Below, in pieces: positions 1-9,902 of a stretch of 64,000 nucleotides of DNA. The notes under the pieces are model-generated. The model had not been told where the DNA came from. It ran no database searches and saw nothing but the letters and a program-made list of their open reading frames with translations. The translations under genes were made by a program, and so were the position numbers. Position 1 is the first letter of the stretch. Every line of letters begins with the position of its first letter. The stretch is from Daejeonella sp. GTDB taxonomy: Bacteria > Bacteroidota > Bacteroidia > Sphingobacteriales > Sphingobacteriaceae. The stretch is from assembly GCA_035631395.1 (NCBI GenBank), contig DASQIU010000045.1:12521-76520 (forward strand), read 5' to 3'.

Positions 1-342
1 GTTTTTAACGATGTCTTCCAGAGTGCTTTCTACGGCTAAATAGGCATTGGTGGGCAGCACTAAGGCAATCAGGCTCATTAACTGGTCCTGGAAGTGGGAA
101 ATGGGGATATAGGGGATCAGAGTAAACAGAAAGATGATGGCTGGGAAAATAGCCAGCATAAAATTATAAGCCAGGGAAGAGGCTTTATTAACCAAAGATT
201 CTTTCTGAATTTCCTGAATAAAAAAAGTAGCTACAGTATATAGAGGCAAAGGGCTGAATCCGGGCAAAACCATCCTTTTGCTCCATGCAATTAATAAACG
301 ATACGGCTTGAAATTTAAGAGTATTTTTTGCAGCCTATTCAT
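1..342 (-). CDS. YihY/BrkB-family membrane protein, N-terminal 114 codons (gene continues past the left edge)
   Basis: Truncated by the window edge, so absent from the ORF track. My minus-strand translation from the ATG at ~340-342 reads MNRLQKILLNFKPYRLLIAWSKRMVLPGFSPLPLYTVATFFIQEIQKESLVNKASSLAYNFMLAIFPAIIFLFTLIPYIP... with no stop down to position 1. SLAYxxxLAxFP followed by a TM helix is the usual YihY/BrkB N-terminus. Confidence 0.55.
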   Translation of the reverse strand, partial: MNRLQKILLNFKPYRLLIAWSKRMVLPGFSPLPLYTVATFFIQEIQKESLVNKASSLAYNFMLAIFPAIIFLFTLIPYIPISHFQDQLMSLIALVLPTNAYLAVESTLEDIVKN

Positions 343-355
343 TCATTAAATTTAG

Positions 356-760
356 TTAAAAAAAGCTTTGCAAGCGGTCTAAAAATTCCTGGGAAGGCAA
401 ACTGGGTTTATTGCGCTTAATATCTACAAATACTAGTGTAGTTTCGCCCAGGTTAATCAGTTCCTGTTTTTCATTATAAAGCTCATAGCTAAAATGAATG
501 CGCACATTGGGCATTTTGCTCATGATTACTTTAATGGTGATTTCCTCATCGTATAAAGCGGGTTTGATGTATTTGCTTTTCAGTTCCAGTACAGGCATCA
601 TAATACCCGATTCTTCCATCGATTTATAAGTCATACCCAGGCTGCGCAGCATTTCTACGCGGCCAACTTCATAAAACTGGGCATAATTGCCATAATACAT
701 ATAACCCATTTGGTCCGTTTCGGCATATCTAACCCGCAATTTTGTGCTATGTGTAAACAT
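356..760 (-). CDS. acyl-CoA thioesterase, YbgC/4HBT hotdog family
   Basis: 134 aa. The N-terminal pattern RVRYAETDQMGYMYYGNYAQFYEVGR is typical of YbgC-type thioesterases. Confidence 0.8.
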   Translation of the reverse strand: MFTHSTKLRVRYAETDQMGYMYYGNYAQFYEVGRVEMLRSLGMTYKSMEESGIMMPVLELKSKYIKPALYDEEITIKVIMSKMPNVRIHFSYELYNEKQELINLGETTLVFVDIKRNKPSLPSQEFLDRLQSFF

Positions 761-763
761 GAT

Positions 764-1819
764 TTATTTCTTAATATTTCGTTGATCCAATGCCTGCTGA
801 AATTTGCGGGCATTGATTAAATGCTGCTGCATGGTAGCGGCAAAATTATGGTAACCCGAAAAATCTTCCTTGGCACACATATAAATGTAATCGTGTTTGG
901 TATAATTTAAAACTGCCTCTATAGCCACCACACTGGGCATATTAATTGGTCCGGGAGGTAAACCTTTGTTCCTGTAAGTATTGTATGGCGATTCGGTTCG
1001 TAAATGCTTATTTAAAACCCTGCGAATAGTAAAATCATTATTGGCAAAAATAACGGTTGGATCTGCTTCCAGGCGCATTCCTTTATGATACCGGTTCATA
1101 TACAAGCCGGCAATCATGGGCATTTCTTTATTGTGCAGGGCTTCGCCACCAACAATGGAAGCTAAAATACTTACCTGAATAGGGGTGAGGCCAATTTTTT
1201 CGGCTTTTGCCTTGCGTTCAGGCGTCCAAAATTTTTGGTATTCTTCATACATCCTGTCAAAAAACTTTTCGGCTGAGGTGTTCCAGTAAAGTTCATAAGA
1301 ATTGGGAATAAACATGGTATAAACGTTATCGGTATTAAAACCATATTCTTTCACAAAATCAGCCGAATCCAGTAAATGGATGATGGAAAGCGAATCGGCC
1401 TCCAGTTTTTTGGCAATCATGCCGGCAAAAGTCTCTTTTAGGCGTACATTTTGGTAAGATAATTTTACGGGTTCCTGACTGCCTGATTTTAACATGTTGA
1501 TGAAGCGACGATTCCCCATGCCTTTTGTCAGCCGGTATTTTCCGGGTTTTACCTTGGGTGGATAGTCCATCTTTTGGGCGGCCCAGATAAAAGAAGCGGT
1601 ATCCTCAAGCATACTTTGTTCTTTGACAGTTTTTACGACATCGCTAAAATTAGCACCAGTATGGATGTACAGGTATTTTTGCTTATCAGTAACGTTGGCC
1701 CCGAAAAATTTGAGGTAATAATTAAAGCCGATTCCGGCCAGTATCAATATTAGAAAAGCAGCAATAGCAATACTTAGCTTTTTGCCAAAACTTAGTTTTT
1801 TCGATTTCTTATCTACCAT
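764..1819 (-). CDS. mltG: endolytic murein transglycosylase MltG (YceG-like)
   Basis: 351 aa. N-terminal TM anchor followed by a YceG-like domain (ASIVGGEA, DPTVIFA, SPYNTYRNKGLPPGPINMP). Confidence 0.85.
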   Translation of the reverse strand: MVDKKSKKLSFGKKLSIAIAAFLILILAGIGFNYYLKFFGANVTDKQKYLYIHTGANFSDVVKTVKEQSMLEDTASFIWAAQKMDYPPKVKPGKYRLTKGMGNRRFINMLKSGSQEPVKLSYQNVRLKETFAGMIAKKLEADSLSIIHLLDSADFVKEYGFNTDNVYTMFIPNSYELYWNTSAEKFFDRMYEEYQKFWTPERKAKAEKIGLTPIQVSILASIVGGEALHNKEMPMIAGLYMNRYHKGMRLEADPTVIFANNDFTIRRVLNKHLRTESPYNTYRNKGLPPGPINMPSVVAIEAVLNYTKHDYIYMCAKEDFSGYHNFAATMQQHLINARKFQQALDQRNIKK

Positions 1820-1838
1820 AGAGGTTTTTGTATATTAT

Positions 1839-2138
1839 TTAAAGATTGGCTTTTCGCCAGGCCAGTAATCCGCCGGTTAGGTTTTTGACATTAGAAAAGC
1901 CATATGCCTGAAGCAATTGCATGGCAGTTTTACTACGCAAGCCATGCTGGCAAATCACAATGAGCTCGTCATCCTGATCAAAATCCAGGTCATCCAAACA
2001 GCGGGATAATTTACCTAAGGGGATATTGGCTCCTCCGATATTGAAGCTGTGAAACTCCAGTTCCTCTCTAACATCAATCACATTTACCGTACGGGCATCC
2101 TGATAACGTTTTTTTAATTCGCTGGCAGAAATATCCAT
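1839..2138 (-). CDS. single-domain rhodanese-like protein
   Basis: 99 aa. Active-site loop CQHGLRS; the C-terminal GGLLAWR is typical of rhodanese domains. Confidence 0.8.
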   Translation of the reverse strand: MDISASELKKRYQDARTVNVIDVREELEFHSFNIGGANIPLGKLSRCLDDLDFDQDDELIVICQHGLRSKTAMQLLQAYGFSNVKNLTGGLLAWRKANL

Positions 2139-2139
2139 T

Positions 2140-2907
2140 TTAATGTCCGTTAGAAAGTACTATATCAATTCGTGTACCAATGCTTACTTTATTTAAAGTA
2201 TCGCTTAAAGTAGGATATTGACGAACAATGCGGGCGTTTAGCGAATCGCTGATAGTGCCTTCATAGCTAATATTTCCTAAACCTAAAGAAGCGCCTAATA
2301 AGGATAAGCGGGCTTCATTTAAGTTTAAACCGACCAGGTTAGGCAGATCCACCTCGCTGGCGCCCATACCATCGCCTAAAACTAAATCAATGCGTGAACC
2401 TTTAGGGATTTGCTGGTTGGAGGCAATAGGATTTCCGCCAAATAAGGTTTTTAACACTACATCGCGGGCCACATCAGAAGTGTAGGTGGTATCACCCAGC
2501 TTCAGACCATAGTTATTAAGAATGGCCCGGGCTTCCAGAAAAGTTTTTCCGGCAATTTCCGGAAACTTCACATCCGGCGCCTGGGTGGTGATAATAGTCA
2601 GGTAAATGGTCCGGTTGTGTTTTACATGAGTGTTAGGATCCGGATCCTGCTCCACTACTTCGCCCGGTTTGCGGTCGTTCAGGTACACTGAATCAATCTG
2701 ATATCTGAATCCTTGCGATTCTAATATCTGAATGGCTTCGTCCACCAACAGGCCTTTTAATTTAGGAACCGGCAGTCCTTCGCCATGGCGGGTGTATAAG
2801 CTCAGGCTATAAAATACCACCACTAAAAAAGCCAGAATAGAGAATAAAGCGATCAGGAGATTTTTGCGAAAAGTTTTGGTACGCAGGTACGTGAAAAATT
2901 TACTCAT
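2140..2907 (-). CDS. PASTA domain-containing membrane protein
   Basis: TM anchor followed by three repeats of ~65 aa with PASTA-like spacing. I prefer the internal ATG giving MSKFFTYLR. The track ORF runs to 2985 and would cover the ddl upstream region. Confidence 0.7.
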   Translation of the reverse strand: MSKFFTYLRTKTFRKNLLIALFSILAFLVVVFYSLSLYTRHGEGLPVPKLKGLLVDEAIQILESQGFRYQIDSVYLNDRKPGEVVEQDPDPNTHVKHNRTIYLTIITTQAPDVKFPEIAGKTFLEARAILNNYGLKLGDTTYTSDVARDVVLKTLFGGNPIASNQQIPKGSRIDLVLGDGMGASEVDLPNLVGLNLNEARLSLLGASLGLGNISYEGTISDSLNARIVRQYPTLSDTLNKVSIGTRIDIVLSNGH

Positions 2908-3078
2908 GTTGTTTTTGTCAAATTTTTGATGCCGGCCTGTCAATTTTTCAAGGCTCAAAAAAGCAGATTCGGAAGGGCTCTGCACACATCAGGCCAAACT
3001 TATGAAAAATTAGGATTTTGGAAGATAATAATTCGGGAGTTTAAGCAGGGAAATGTTTTTAAAATTATATTTGGTGCC

Positions 3079-4062
3079 ATGAAGAAAACAATAGCTTTAA
3101 TTACAGGAGGTTTTACCGGAGAGTCTGTTATTTCTTTAAAAAGCGCCGAATTTGTTGGCAGCAAGCTGGATAAAGAAAAATACGAAGTATATAAAATTAT
3201 TATCGAGCCGCAGAACTGGTATTTCCAGGATGCTGAGGGCCGGAAATTTGAAGTGAACCGGAATGATTTCTCTATCAGTTTGGAAGGACAGACGATCCGC
3301 TTTGATGCCGCTTTTATCATTTTGCATGGATCTCCGGGCGAAGATGGCAAACTGCAGGGTTATTTGGATATGCTGAATATTCCTTATACCAGTTGCGATG
3401 CGCTTACCTCGGCCTTAACCATGAATAAAGGCTATACCAAAGCTATTGTAGAAGGAATTGAGAATTTATTTGTGGCCCGGTCTATGCAATTGTTCTCTAA
3501 TACGCCTGGAAATACAGCTAAAATTACTGCTGAACTGAAGTTGCCTTATTTTATCAAGCCCAACAACGGCGGCAGCAGCATTGGGATGAGCAAGGTGAAA
3601 ACTGCCGAAGAATTGCCCGAAGCCCTGGAAAAAGCATTTCACGAGGATACTCAGGTTTTGGTAGAAGAATTTATTAACGGTCGGGAATTTTCGGTAGGGG
3701 TTTATACCGGAAAAAATGGTTTGGAGGTATTGCCGGCCACCGAAGTAATTAGCCCGAAAGAATTTTTTGATTTTGAAGCCAAATATACTCCCGGTATGAC
3801 CGAGGAAATTACTCCTGCCCGCATGACTGCCGAAGAGCGCCAGCGGGTAGAGCAGGTGGTGAAATTGGTTTACCAAAAGCTGAATTGCCGCGGAATGGTG
3901 CGTATTGATTATTTCCTGGAGCACGAAACCGGTAATTTTTATTTCGTGGAAATCAATACCATTCCCGGCCAAACCGCTACCAGCTTTATTCCCCAGCAGG
4001 TTAAAGCCGCCGGCAAAGATATTACCGAGTTTTATTCGGAATTGATAGAAGCGGTGGTTTGA
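3079..4062 (+). CDS. ddl: D-alanine--D-alanine ligase
   Basis: ATP-grasp Ddl signature: MKKTIALITGGFTGESVISLKSA, LHGSPGEDGKLQG, EINTIPG. The track ORF starts at 2926; I trimmed it to the ATG at 3079. Confidence 0.9.
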   Translation: MKKTIALITGGFTGESVISLKSAEFVGSKLDKEKYEVYKIIIEPQNWYFQDAEGRKFEVNRNDFSISLEGQTIRFDAAFIILHGSPGEDGKLQGYLDMLNIPYTSCDALTSALTMNKGYTKAIVEGIENLFVARSMQLFSNTPGNTAKITAELKLPYFIKPNNGGSSIGMSKVKTAEELPEALEKAFHEDTQVLVEEFINGREFSVGVYTGKNGLEVLPATEVISPKEFFDFEAKYTPGMTEEITPARMTAEERQRVEQVVKLVYQKLNCRGMVRIDYFLEHETGNFYFVEINTIPGQTATSFIPQQVKAAGKDITEFYSELIEAVV

Positions 4063-4126
4063 TGTTAATTTGTTAATGCCGAGGATCGAAACATTCCCTC
4101 GGGATAGTGTTTTCCTTGTCATGCTG

Positions 4127-4170
4127 AGGAACGAAGCATCTGTTGGTTAAGCTTGAGGTTCTTCGTTCCT
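4127..4170. repeat. REP-like hairpin between the convergent ddl and thioesterase genes
   Basis: aggaacgaag (4127-4136) and cttcgttcct (4161-4170) form a perfect 10-bp inverted repeat with a 24-nt loop. Confidence 0.5.
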
Positions 4171-4179
4171 TGGCGAATA

Positions 4180-4602
4180 TTAAATCGAATACTTTTCAAT
4201 CATCTCTTCAGTCACCCGCATTCCGCGTCCGGTTTGGGTATTGATCAAAACGTAATTAAACCAGCCATCGCAGCAAACCTTGTTGGTCTTTTTATTCTTG
4301 ATCTCAAATGTTACCCGGCATCCTTTGGTATTAAGGGTTTCTATGCCTGTTTCTACGGTAAAAACATCGCCTAAACCTAAAGGGCGTTTATAATCTACAA
4401 AAGCTGATCGGACCACCCAGCCATATCCCTGGGCTAAAAAATCTTCCATGGGCATTTTGTAGTAATTTTCCATTTGCTCATAGCGGGCGGCCAGCACATA
4501 GTCAAAATAAATACTGTTATGCACATGGTTAAACATGTCTATATCATCTGGCCTTACCTTAAATTCGCTGGTAAAACGGCTGTATTTTTGTTCGGTTTCC
4601 AT
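4180..4602 (-). CDS. hotdog-fold thioesterase family protein
   Basis: 140 aa. FKVRPDDIDMFNHVHNSIYFDYVLAARYE matches the 4HBT-type thioesterase pattern. Confidence 0.7.
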   Translation of the reverse strand: METEQKYSRFTSEFKVRPDDIDMFNHVHNSIYFDYVLAARYEQMENYYKMPMEDFLAQGYGWVVRSAFVDYKRPLGLGDVFTVETGIETLNTKGCRVTFEIKNKKTNKVCCDGWFNYVLINTQTGRGMRVTEEMIEKYSI

Positions 4603-4666
4603 GCTGATAAAATGTTTTTTTAATACGTTGAACTATGATTTCTCTATTTATTTGCTGGACCCATGA

Positions 4667-4709
4667 TTTTTAAAAATCTTTAAATCCTAAAAATCCTAAT
4701 TCAGACAAC
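4667..4709 (+). repeat. partial copy (middle module) of the dispersed intergenic repeat
   Basis: Contains aatcctaattcagacaa, which is shared with the copies at 7523-7566 and 16336-16368. Confidence 0.6.
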
Positions 4710-4752
4710 AAAAGTATCATTTTATCATATTTACAATTAAATATAAAGAGGC

Positions 4753-4784
4753 ATTGAATATTGGCTGGCAAAAACCTATATTTG
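4753..4784 (+). promoter_or_regulatory. candidate Bacteroidota sigma-A promoter for rpsO
   Basis: ATTG, a spacer of ~20 nt, then TAtaTTTG (4777-4784), 45 nt upstream of the rpsO ATG. This fits the TTTG/TAnnTTTG consensus known for Bacteroides promoters. Confidence 0.4.
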
Positions 4785-4828
4785 CGCCTAATTGTTTATT
4801 TTTTAACCGCTTTAATATTATTCAGGTA

Positions 4829-5107
4829 ATGTATTTAAGTAATGAATTCAAGGCAGAAATTTTTGCCAAGCATGGTAAAAGTGCAACCGATACCGGTTCC
4901 GCAGAAGGCCAGGTAGCATTGTTTACCGCTCGTATTGCTCATTTAACCGGGCATTTGAAGAGAAATAAGAAAGATTTTTCTACTCAGTTAGCTCTTCAAA
5001 AATTAGTGGGTAAGCGTCGTGCATTGTTAGCATATCTATACAAAAAAGATATCAACAGATACCGGGCTATCATCAAAGCTTTAGAGTTGAGAGATATTAT
5101 CAAATAA
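4829..5107 (+). CDS. rpsO: 30S ribosomal protein S15
   Basis: MYLSNEFKAEIFAKHGKSATDTGSAEGQVALFTARIAHLTGHLK... is canonical S15. The track ORF was trimmed to the ATG at 4829. Confidence 0.95.
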   Translation: MYLSNEFKAEIFAKHGKSATDTGSAEGQVALFTARIAHLTGHLKRNKKDFSTQLALQKLVGKRRALLAYLYKKDINRYRAIIKALELRDIIK

Positions 5108-5124
5108 ACTCAGCAAAATTTTGC

Positions 5125-5157
5125 AAAGCCATCTCAACAGGGGATGGCTTTTTATTT
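5125..5157 (+). terminator. rho-independent terminator/attenuator after rpsO
   Basis: The agccatc/gatggct stem is followed by a T-run. Confidence 0.6.
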
Positions 5158-5229
5158 TCGTAAAAACCCTCGTCAATATAAAAAACGGATGTGTTCTAAA
5201 GAGGAAAAACACATCGCAACAACAAATCA

Positions 5230-7386
5230 ATGAGTTATAACGCAATTAAGAAAACATTCGATCTGGGCGATGGCCGTATGATCGAAATTGAAACCGGTAA
5301 ATTGGCTAAGCAGGCCGATGGATCGGTAGTGGTAAAAATGGGCGATACTATGTTGCTGGCCACCGTAGTTTCTACTGTAGGAGCTAAGCCTGGCGTTGAT
5401 TTTTTACCCTTATCGGTAGATTATCAAGAAAAATATGCATCTACCGGTCGTATTCCCGGTGGTTTTTTACGCCGCGAAGCCCGTCTGTCTGACTATGAGG
5501 TGTTAATTTCCCGTCTGGTTGACCGTGCTTTGCGTCCGATGTTTCCCGAAGATTACCATGCCGATACTCAGGTGATGATTTCCCTGATCTCTGCTGATAA
5601 AAATATTATGCCCGACTGTCTGGCCGGATTAGCTGCTTCGGCTGCTATCGCCGTTTCAGATATTCCTTTTAACGGACCGATCTCTGAGGTTCGCGTAGCC
5701 AAAATTGATGGCAAACTGGTTATCAACCCTTATTTAAATGATCTGGAACGTGCTTCTTTAGAGTTTTTAGTAGCCGGTACCGAGCATGATATTGTGATGG
5801 TGGAAGGAGAGGCTAATGAGATTTCTGAAGCTGAAATGGTTGAAGCTATTGAATTTGCCCATAAAGCCATTATTACTCAGGTTCAGGCTCAGAAAGAACT
5901 TGCCGAAATGGTTGGAAAAACTACCAAACGCGAGTACAATCATGAAAGCAGCAATCCTGAATTAAGAGAAAAAGCTTTTGCTGATACTTATGATCAGGTT
6001 TATGCTATTGCTAAATCTGGTTCAACTAAACAGGAGCGTTCTGAGAAATTTGCTCAAATTGAAGAACTATTTATTGCTTCTTTAGGTGAGGAAATATCTG
6101 ATGAAACCAAGTTTTTGGCCAAAAAATACTTCCACGATGTACAATATGATGCTGTTCGGAATCTGATCCTGGATGAAGGAATCCGTTTGGATGGTCGTAA
6201 CTCACGTACCGTACGTCCTATCTGGAGTGAAGTTGGTTATTTACCGGCTGCACACGGATCGTCTGTGTTTACCCGCGGAGAAACCCAATCATTAACTACG
6301 GTTACTTTGGGCGCCAAATCAGATGAGCAGTTAATTGACGGAGCCTTCTTCAACGGTTACCAGAAATTCTTATTGCATTATAACTTCCCTGGATTTTCTA
6401 CCGGAGAGGTTCGCCCTAACCGTGGCGCTGGCCGTCGCGAAATTGGCCATGGTAACTTAGCCATGCGCTCCCTGAAAAAAGTATTGCCTGGGGATGATGA
6501 GAATCCATATACTATTCGTGTAGTATCTGATATTTTAGAGTCTAACGGTTCTTCTTCTATGGCTACCGTTTGTGCCGGAACTTTGGCTCTGATGGATGCA
6601 GGTATTAAAATTAAAGCACCGGTTTCTGGTATTGCCATGGGTTTAATTACCGATGAGAAGACCGGAAAATATGCTATTCTTTCTGATATTTTGGGTGATG
6701 AAGATCATCTGGGCGATATGGACTTTAAAGTTACCGGTACTGAAAAAGGAATTGTAGCTTGCCAAATGGACCTGAAGATCAATGGTTTAAAGTGGGAAGT
6801 GTTAACTGCCGCTTTAGATCAAGCTAAAGAAGCTCGTTTACACATTCTAAACGAGATGAAGAAAACCATCGATATGCCGCGTGAAGATTACAAGCCACAT
6901 GCGCCACGTATTGTTACCCTGAAAATTGATAAAGAATTTATCGGTGCGGTAATTGGACCGGGTGGTAAGATCATCCAGGAAATGCAACGGGAAACCGGCG
7001 CTACCATTGCCATTGAAGAAAAAGATAATCAAGGTATCGTTCAGGTATTTGCCGATAATAAAGAATCCATTGATCAGGCGGTTGCCCGTATCAGAGCCAT
7101 TGCCGCTAAACCGGAAGTAGGCGAGGTGTATGAAGGAAAAGTGAAAACCATTATGCCTTTTGGGGCATTTGTGGAAATCATGCCTGGTAAAGATGGTTTA
7201 TTGCATATCTCTGAAATCGATTGGAAACGCTACGAAAGCATGGAAGGTGTTCTGAACGTAGGCGATATCGTGAAAGTAAAATTACTGGATGTTGATAAAC
7301 AAGGTAAACTGAAATTATCACGTAAAGCTTTAATTCCACGACCTCCAAAAGAAGATCAAAAAAAGGAAGAATCTCCTAAGGAATAA
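5230..7386 (+). CDS. pnp: polyribonucleotide nucleotidyltransferase (PNPase)
   Basis: 718 aa. Two RNase PH domains plus KH and S1 ([20 protein letters not shown]). The rpsO-pnp synteny is conserved. Confidence 0.97.
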   Translation: MSYNAIKKTFDLGDGRMIEIETGKLAKQADGSVVVKMGDTMLLATVVSTVGAKPGVDFLPLSVDYQEKYASTGRIPGGFLRREARLSDYEVLISRLVDRALRPMFPEDYHADTQVMISLISADKNIMPDCLAGLAASAAIAVSDIPFNGPISEVRVAKIDGKLVINPYLNDLERASLEFLVAGTEHDIVMVEGEANEISEAEMVEAIEFAHKAIITQVQAQKELAEMVGKTTKREYNHESSNPELREKAFADTYDQVYAIAKSGSTKQERSEKFAQIEELFIASLGEEISDETKFLAKKYFHDVQYDAVRNLILDEGIRLDGRNSRTVRPIWSEVGYLPAAHGSSVFTRGETQSLTTVTLGAKSDEQLIDGAFFNGYQKFLLHYNFPGFSTGEVRPNRGAGRREIGHGNLAMRSLKKVLPGDDENPYTIRVVSDILESNGSSSMATVCAGTLALMDAGIKIKAPVSGIAMGLITDEKTGKYAILSDILGDEDHLGDMDFKVTGTEKGIVACQMDLKINGLKWEVLTAALDQAKEARLHILNEMKKTIDMPREDYKPHAPRIVTLKIDKEFIGAVIGPGGKIIQEMQRETGATIAIEEKDNQGIVQVFADNKESIDQAVARIRAIAAKPEVGEVYEGKVKTIMPFGAFVEIMPGKDGLLHISEIDWKRYESMEGVLNVGDIVKVKLLDVDKQGKLKLSRKALIPRPPKEDQKKEESPKE

Positions 7387-7403
7387 TTGAGTTTACTCAT
7401 TAA

Positions 7404-7440
7404 AAACCCGCTCGCAGCAATGTTAGAGCGGGTTTTTTAT
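7404..7440 (+). terminator. rho-independent terminator after pnp
   Basis: An 8-bp stem (acccgctc ... gagcgggt) is followed by tttttt. Confidence 0.75.
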
Positions 7441-7462
7441 TTTATAAGATTCCATTGATTAT

Positions 7463-7620
7463 GTTGATTGTCGTCTTTCGTTTGCCGTCTTTCGTCCTTC
7501 GTTCAAACACGCTGAGAAACACAATCCTAAAATCTTTAAATCTTAAAAATCCTAATTCAGACAATTTAAGATAAAATCATTTCGTTCGAATTCGTTTAAT
7601 TCGTGCAAGTAATGTTTTTA
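7463..7620 (+). repeat. composite dispersed intergenic repeat, full copy A
   Basis: Three modules: gttgattgtcgtctttcgtttgccgtctttcgtcc; aatcctaattcagacaattta; attcgtttaattcgtgcaagtaatgttttta. Collinear with the copy at 16255-16424. Confidence 0.7.
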
Positions 7621-7695
7621 TCAATGTGCCATTTTCAATTCAATCGTGTCTTTATTTCCTAAATTTTTTCCTGCTTTTCTTCTTACCTTTGCCGC

Positions 7696-8367
7696 ATGAA
7701 CCACTTAATAGCTCCTTCCGTTTTATCTGCCGATTTTGCTAATCTGCAGCGAGATATAGAAATGATCAACCGTAGTGAAGCCGATTGGTTTCATGTGGAT
7801 ATTATGGACGGGGTGTTTGTGCCCAATATTTCTTTTGGCTTTCCGGTGTTGCGTGCCATTAATCAACATGCTCAAAAACCATTGGACGTGCATTTAATGA
7901 TTGCAGATGCCGATCGCTATTTAGAGGAATTTCAGAAAGCCGGAGCAGCCAATATTACCGTGCATTACGAGGCCTGCACCCACTTACACCGAACCTTGCA
8001 TGCCATTAAGAATTTAGGATGTAAAGCGGGTGTAGCGCTTAATCCACATACTCCGGTGCAGGTATTGGATGATATTATTGAAGATCTGGATTTGGTTTGT
8101 CTGATGTCGGTAAATCCTGGTTTTGGTGGACAGAAATTCATTGAAAATACCTATAAAAAGATCCGGCAACTCAGAGCGATGGCTGCCTCCAGAAACGAAA
8201 GTTTGCTGATCGAAGTAGATGGAGGAGTAGGTAACCAGAATGCTTTAGCCCTGATTGAGGCCGGAGCGAATGTTTTGGTGGCGGGCAACTCGGTTTTCGC
8301 TGCTAAAGATCCAGAACAAGCTATTTCTGCGCTTAAAAATATTCAGCCAGGTATTTTGCAGGCCTAG
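7696..8367 (+). CDS. rpe: ribulose-phosphate 3-epimerase
   Basis: 223 aa. IAPSVLSADFANL, HVDIMDG, MSVNPGFGGQKF and EVDGG are canonical Rpe motifs. Confidence 0.95.
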   Translation: MNHLIAPSVLSADFANLQRDIEMINRSEADWFHVDIMDGVFVPNISFGFPVLRAINQHAQKPLDVHLMIADADRYLEEFQKAGAANITVHYEACTHLHRTLHAIKNLGCKAGVALNPHTPVQVLDDIIEDLDLVCLMSVNPGFGGQKFIENTYKKIRQLRAMAASRNESLLIEVDGGVGNQNALALIEAGANVLVAGNSVFAAKDPEQAISALKNIQPGILQA

Positions 8368-8579
8368 GATGGTGGAATTTAGTATTGGTTGTAGCAAACA
8401 CTAAAAAGCTCAAAAATACCACGTAAAATTCTTTGGCTGCTATGCAGCGTGGCAGAATGAGAATTTGGCATGAAAAGCGAATCTTACTATTACCGAATCA
8501 AAGCAAAATCAAAACATTAAAAATAACCAATTAAATTAGAGGCTATTGCAGCTTACGCAGCATTAAAGTGTGGCTAAAA

Positions 8580-8610
8580 TTTGCGATTTGCCGATGTTTT
8601 TATACTTTTG
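8580..8610 (+). promoter_or_regulatory. candidate promoter for tRNA-Arg
   Basis: TTTG (8580-8583), a 19-nt spacer, then TActTTTG (8603-8610), ending 7 nt before the tRNA 5' end. This matches the Bacteroides -33/-7 consensus spacing. Confidence 0.5.
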
Positions 8611-8617
8611 TGCCGCT

Positions 8618-8691
8618 GCACCCATAGCTCAGCTGGATAGAGCAACGGTTTTCTAAACCGTCGGTCTCAGGTTCGAATCCTGATGGGTGTA
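8618..8691 (+). tRNA. tRNA-Arg (anticodon TCT)
   Basis: Hand-folded cloverleaf: acceptor gcaccca/tgggtgt, D-arm tagctcagctggatagagc, anticodon stem acggt/accgt with loop ttTCTaa, T-arm tcagg-ttcgaat-cctga. CCA is not encoded. Confidence 0.85.
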
Positions 8692-8696
8692 CAAAC

Positions 8697-8735
8697 AAAA
8701 AGCCGCTTCATGAAAATGAAGCGGCTTTTTGTTTA
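8697..8735. terminator. bidirectional terminator hairpin (tRNA-Arg and the convergent dioxygenase gene)
   Basis: agccgcttca / tgaagcggct is a 10-bp stem flanked by an A-run and a T-run. Confidence 0.7.
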
Positions 8736-8798
8736 TTTGGTAGCCATGATTAATATGATGGCCGAAAATTATTACGCATCATAAATCTAGTTCAACAT

Positions 8799-9680
8799 TT
8801 AACCCAACTTTACTGAAGTCATTGTTAAAGAACCGCCTACCGCTTTATCATTAAAGAACGAAACTTCGTCTTTAGTTCCTTTTAAGCCCAAAGTATAAAG
8901 CAATGGCAAATAATGCTCCAATGTTGGAATGGCCAGTCGGGCTTCTGGTCCCAGAGTTTGGTAATTAATAAGCGCCTGATGATTACCGTTGGCAATCAGA
9001 TCTTTAAAACGCTCATTTAATTGTAGCGCCCAATCATAACCAAATTCCGGAGCGCTAATTTTATCCCAGGCCACCATACGCAGATTGTGCACCATATTAC
9101 CGCTGCCAATAATCAATACGCCTTTTTTTCTTAAACTATACAGTTCTTTAGCCAGATCATAATGATATTGCGGGTCTTTGCCATAGTCAATACTTAATTG
9201 TAGCACCGGAATATCTGCCTTAGGATACATATGTCGTACCACAGTCCAGGTACCATGATCTAAACCCCAATCATGATCTAATTCTACAGATGTAGATTTA
9301 AACAATGCTGCAGTTTCCCGAGCCAGTTCCGGGCTTCCGGGAGCTGGATAAACAACGTCGAACAAAGCTTTAGGGAATCCACCAAAATCATGGATCGTTT
9401 CCGGAAACTGCATGGCGGTTATCCGCGTGCCACTGCTTAACCAGTGGGCCGAAACCACCAAAACCGCTTTGGGAACCGGTATTTCCTGCGCCATTTTAGT
9501 CCAACCCTGCGAAAAAGCATTGTCCTCAATCCCATTCATGGGAGAACCATGCCCAATAAACAGAACCGGCATTAAATACCCATTCTCTGTTAAGCTATCT
9601 GTAAACTTATTAAATGCTGATATACTTGTCATTCCTATTCCTCCTAATATGAGCGTTTTGATGAAATTTTTTCTTTTCAA
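8799..9680 (-). CDS. class III extradiol dioxygenase, 4,5-DOPA dioxygenase (YgiD)-like
   Basis: 293 aa. N-terminal signal-like segment, then PVLFIGHGSPMN, VVSAHW, ETIHDFGGFP and YPAPGSPELA, as in YgiD-family proteins. Confidence 0.8.
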   Translation of the reverse strand: MKRKNFIKTLILGGIGMTSISAFNKFTDSLTENGYLMPVLFIGHGSPMNGIEDNAFSQGWTKMAQEIPVPKAVLVVSAHWLSSGTRITAMQFPETIHDFGGFPKALFDVVYPAPGSPELARETAALFKSTSVELDHDWGLDHGTWTVVRHMYPKADIPVLQLSIDYGKDPQYHYDLAKELYSLRKKGVLIIGSGNMVHNLRMVAWDKISAPEFGYDWALQLNERFKDLIANGNHQALINYQTLGPEARLAIPTLEHYLPLLYTLGLKGTKDEVSFFNDKAVGGSLTMTSVKLG

Positions 9681-9902
9681 ATCGGTATCAATTGTTTTAC
9701 CAATAGACTATTAATATATGTAGTCTTAATTTCTTTACAAAGATAGGGAGCCAATTACCCGAATCCATTGATTTAGATTAAGAAAAGACACTGAATCCGG
9801 CGAAGCGTGACTGTTAAGAGGAAGTAGTCTTTGGAAGGTCCAGAATAAAGCTTGACATTCCCTAAAACAGAGAATACCCAACGAAGCATAAATGCCTGTG
9901 GT

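Noticed and set aside
2926-3078. N-terminal extensions in the ORF track (ddl, rpsO at 4754, rlmB at 34807, kdsA at 40278, Fic at 60590, GT4 at 51046, NTF2-like at 49113, M14 at 13167)
   Set aside because: The extensions are non-conserved-looking, overlap neighbouring genes or repeats, and precede an ATG that begins the canonical family N-terminus. I trimmed the starts accordingly.
3466-4122. 218-aa minus-strand ORF overlapping ddl. Similar long antisense ORFs occur at 44612-45130, 20751-21200, 17811-18197, 32137-32550 and elsewhere.
   Set aside because: Each lies entirely antisense to a gene with unmistakable family motifs. Their translations are low-complexity and motif-free. They are typical shadow ORFs.
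9704-9727. Palindrome agacta-N10-tagtct upstream of the dioxygenase gene as the binding site of the adjacent Crp/Fnr regulator
   Set aside because: It is only 6 bp per arm in AT-rich DNA and does not resemble known Crp or Fnr half-sites. It is too weak to report.
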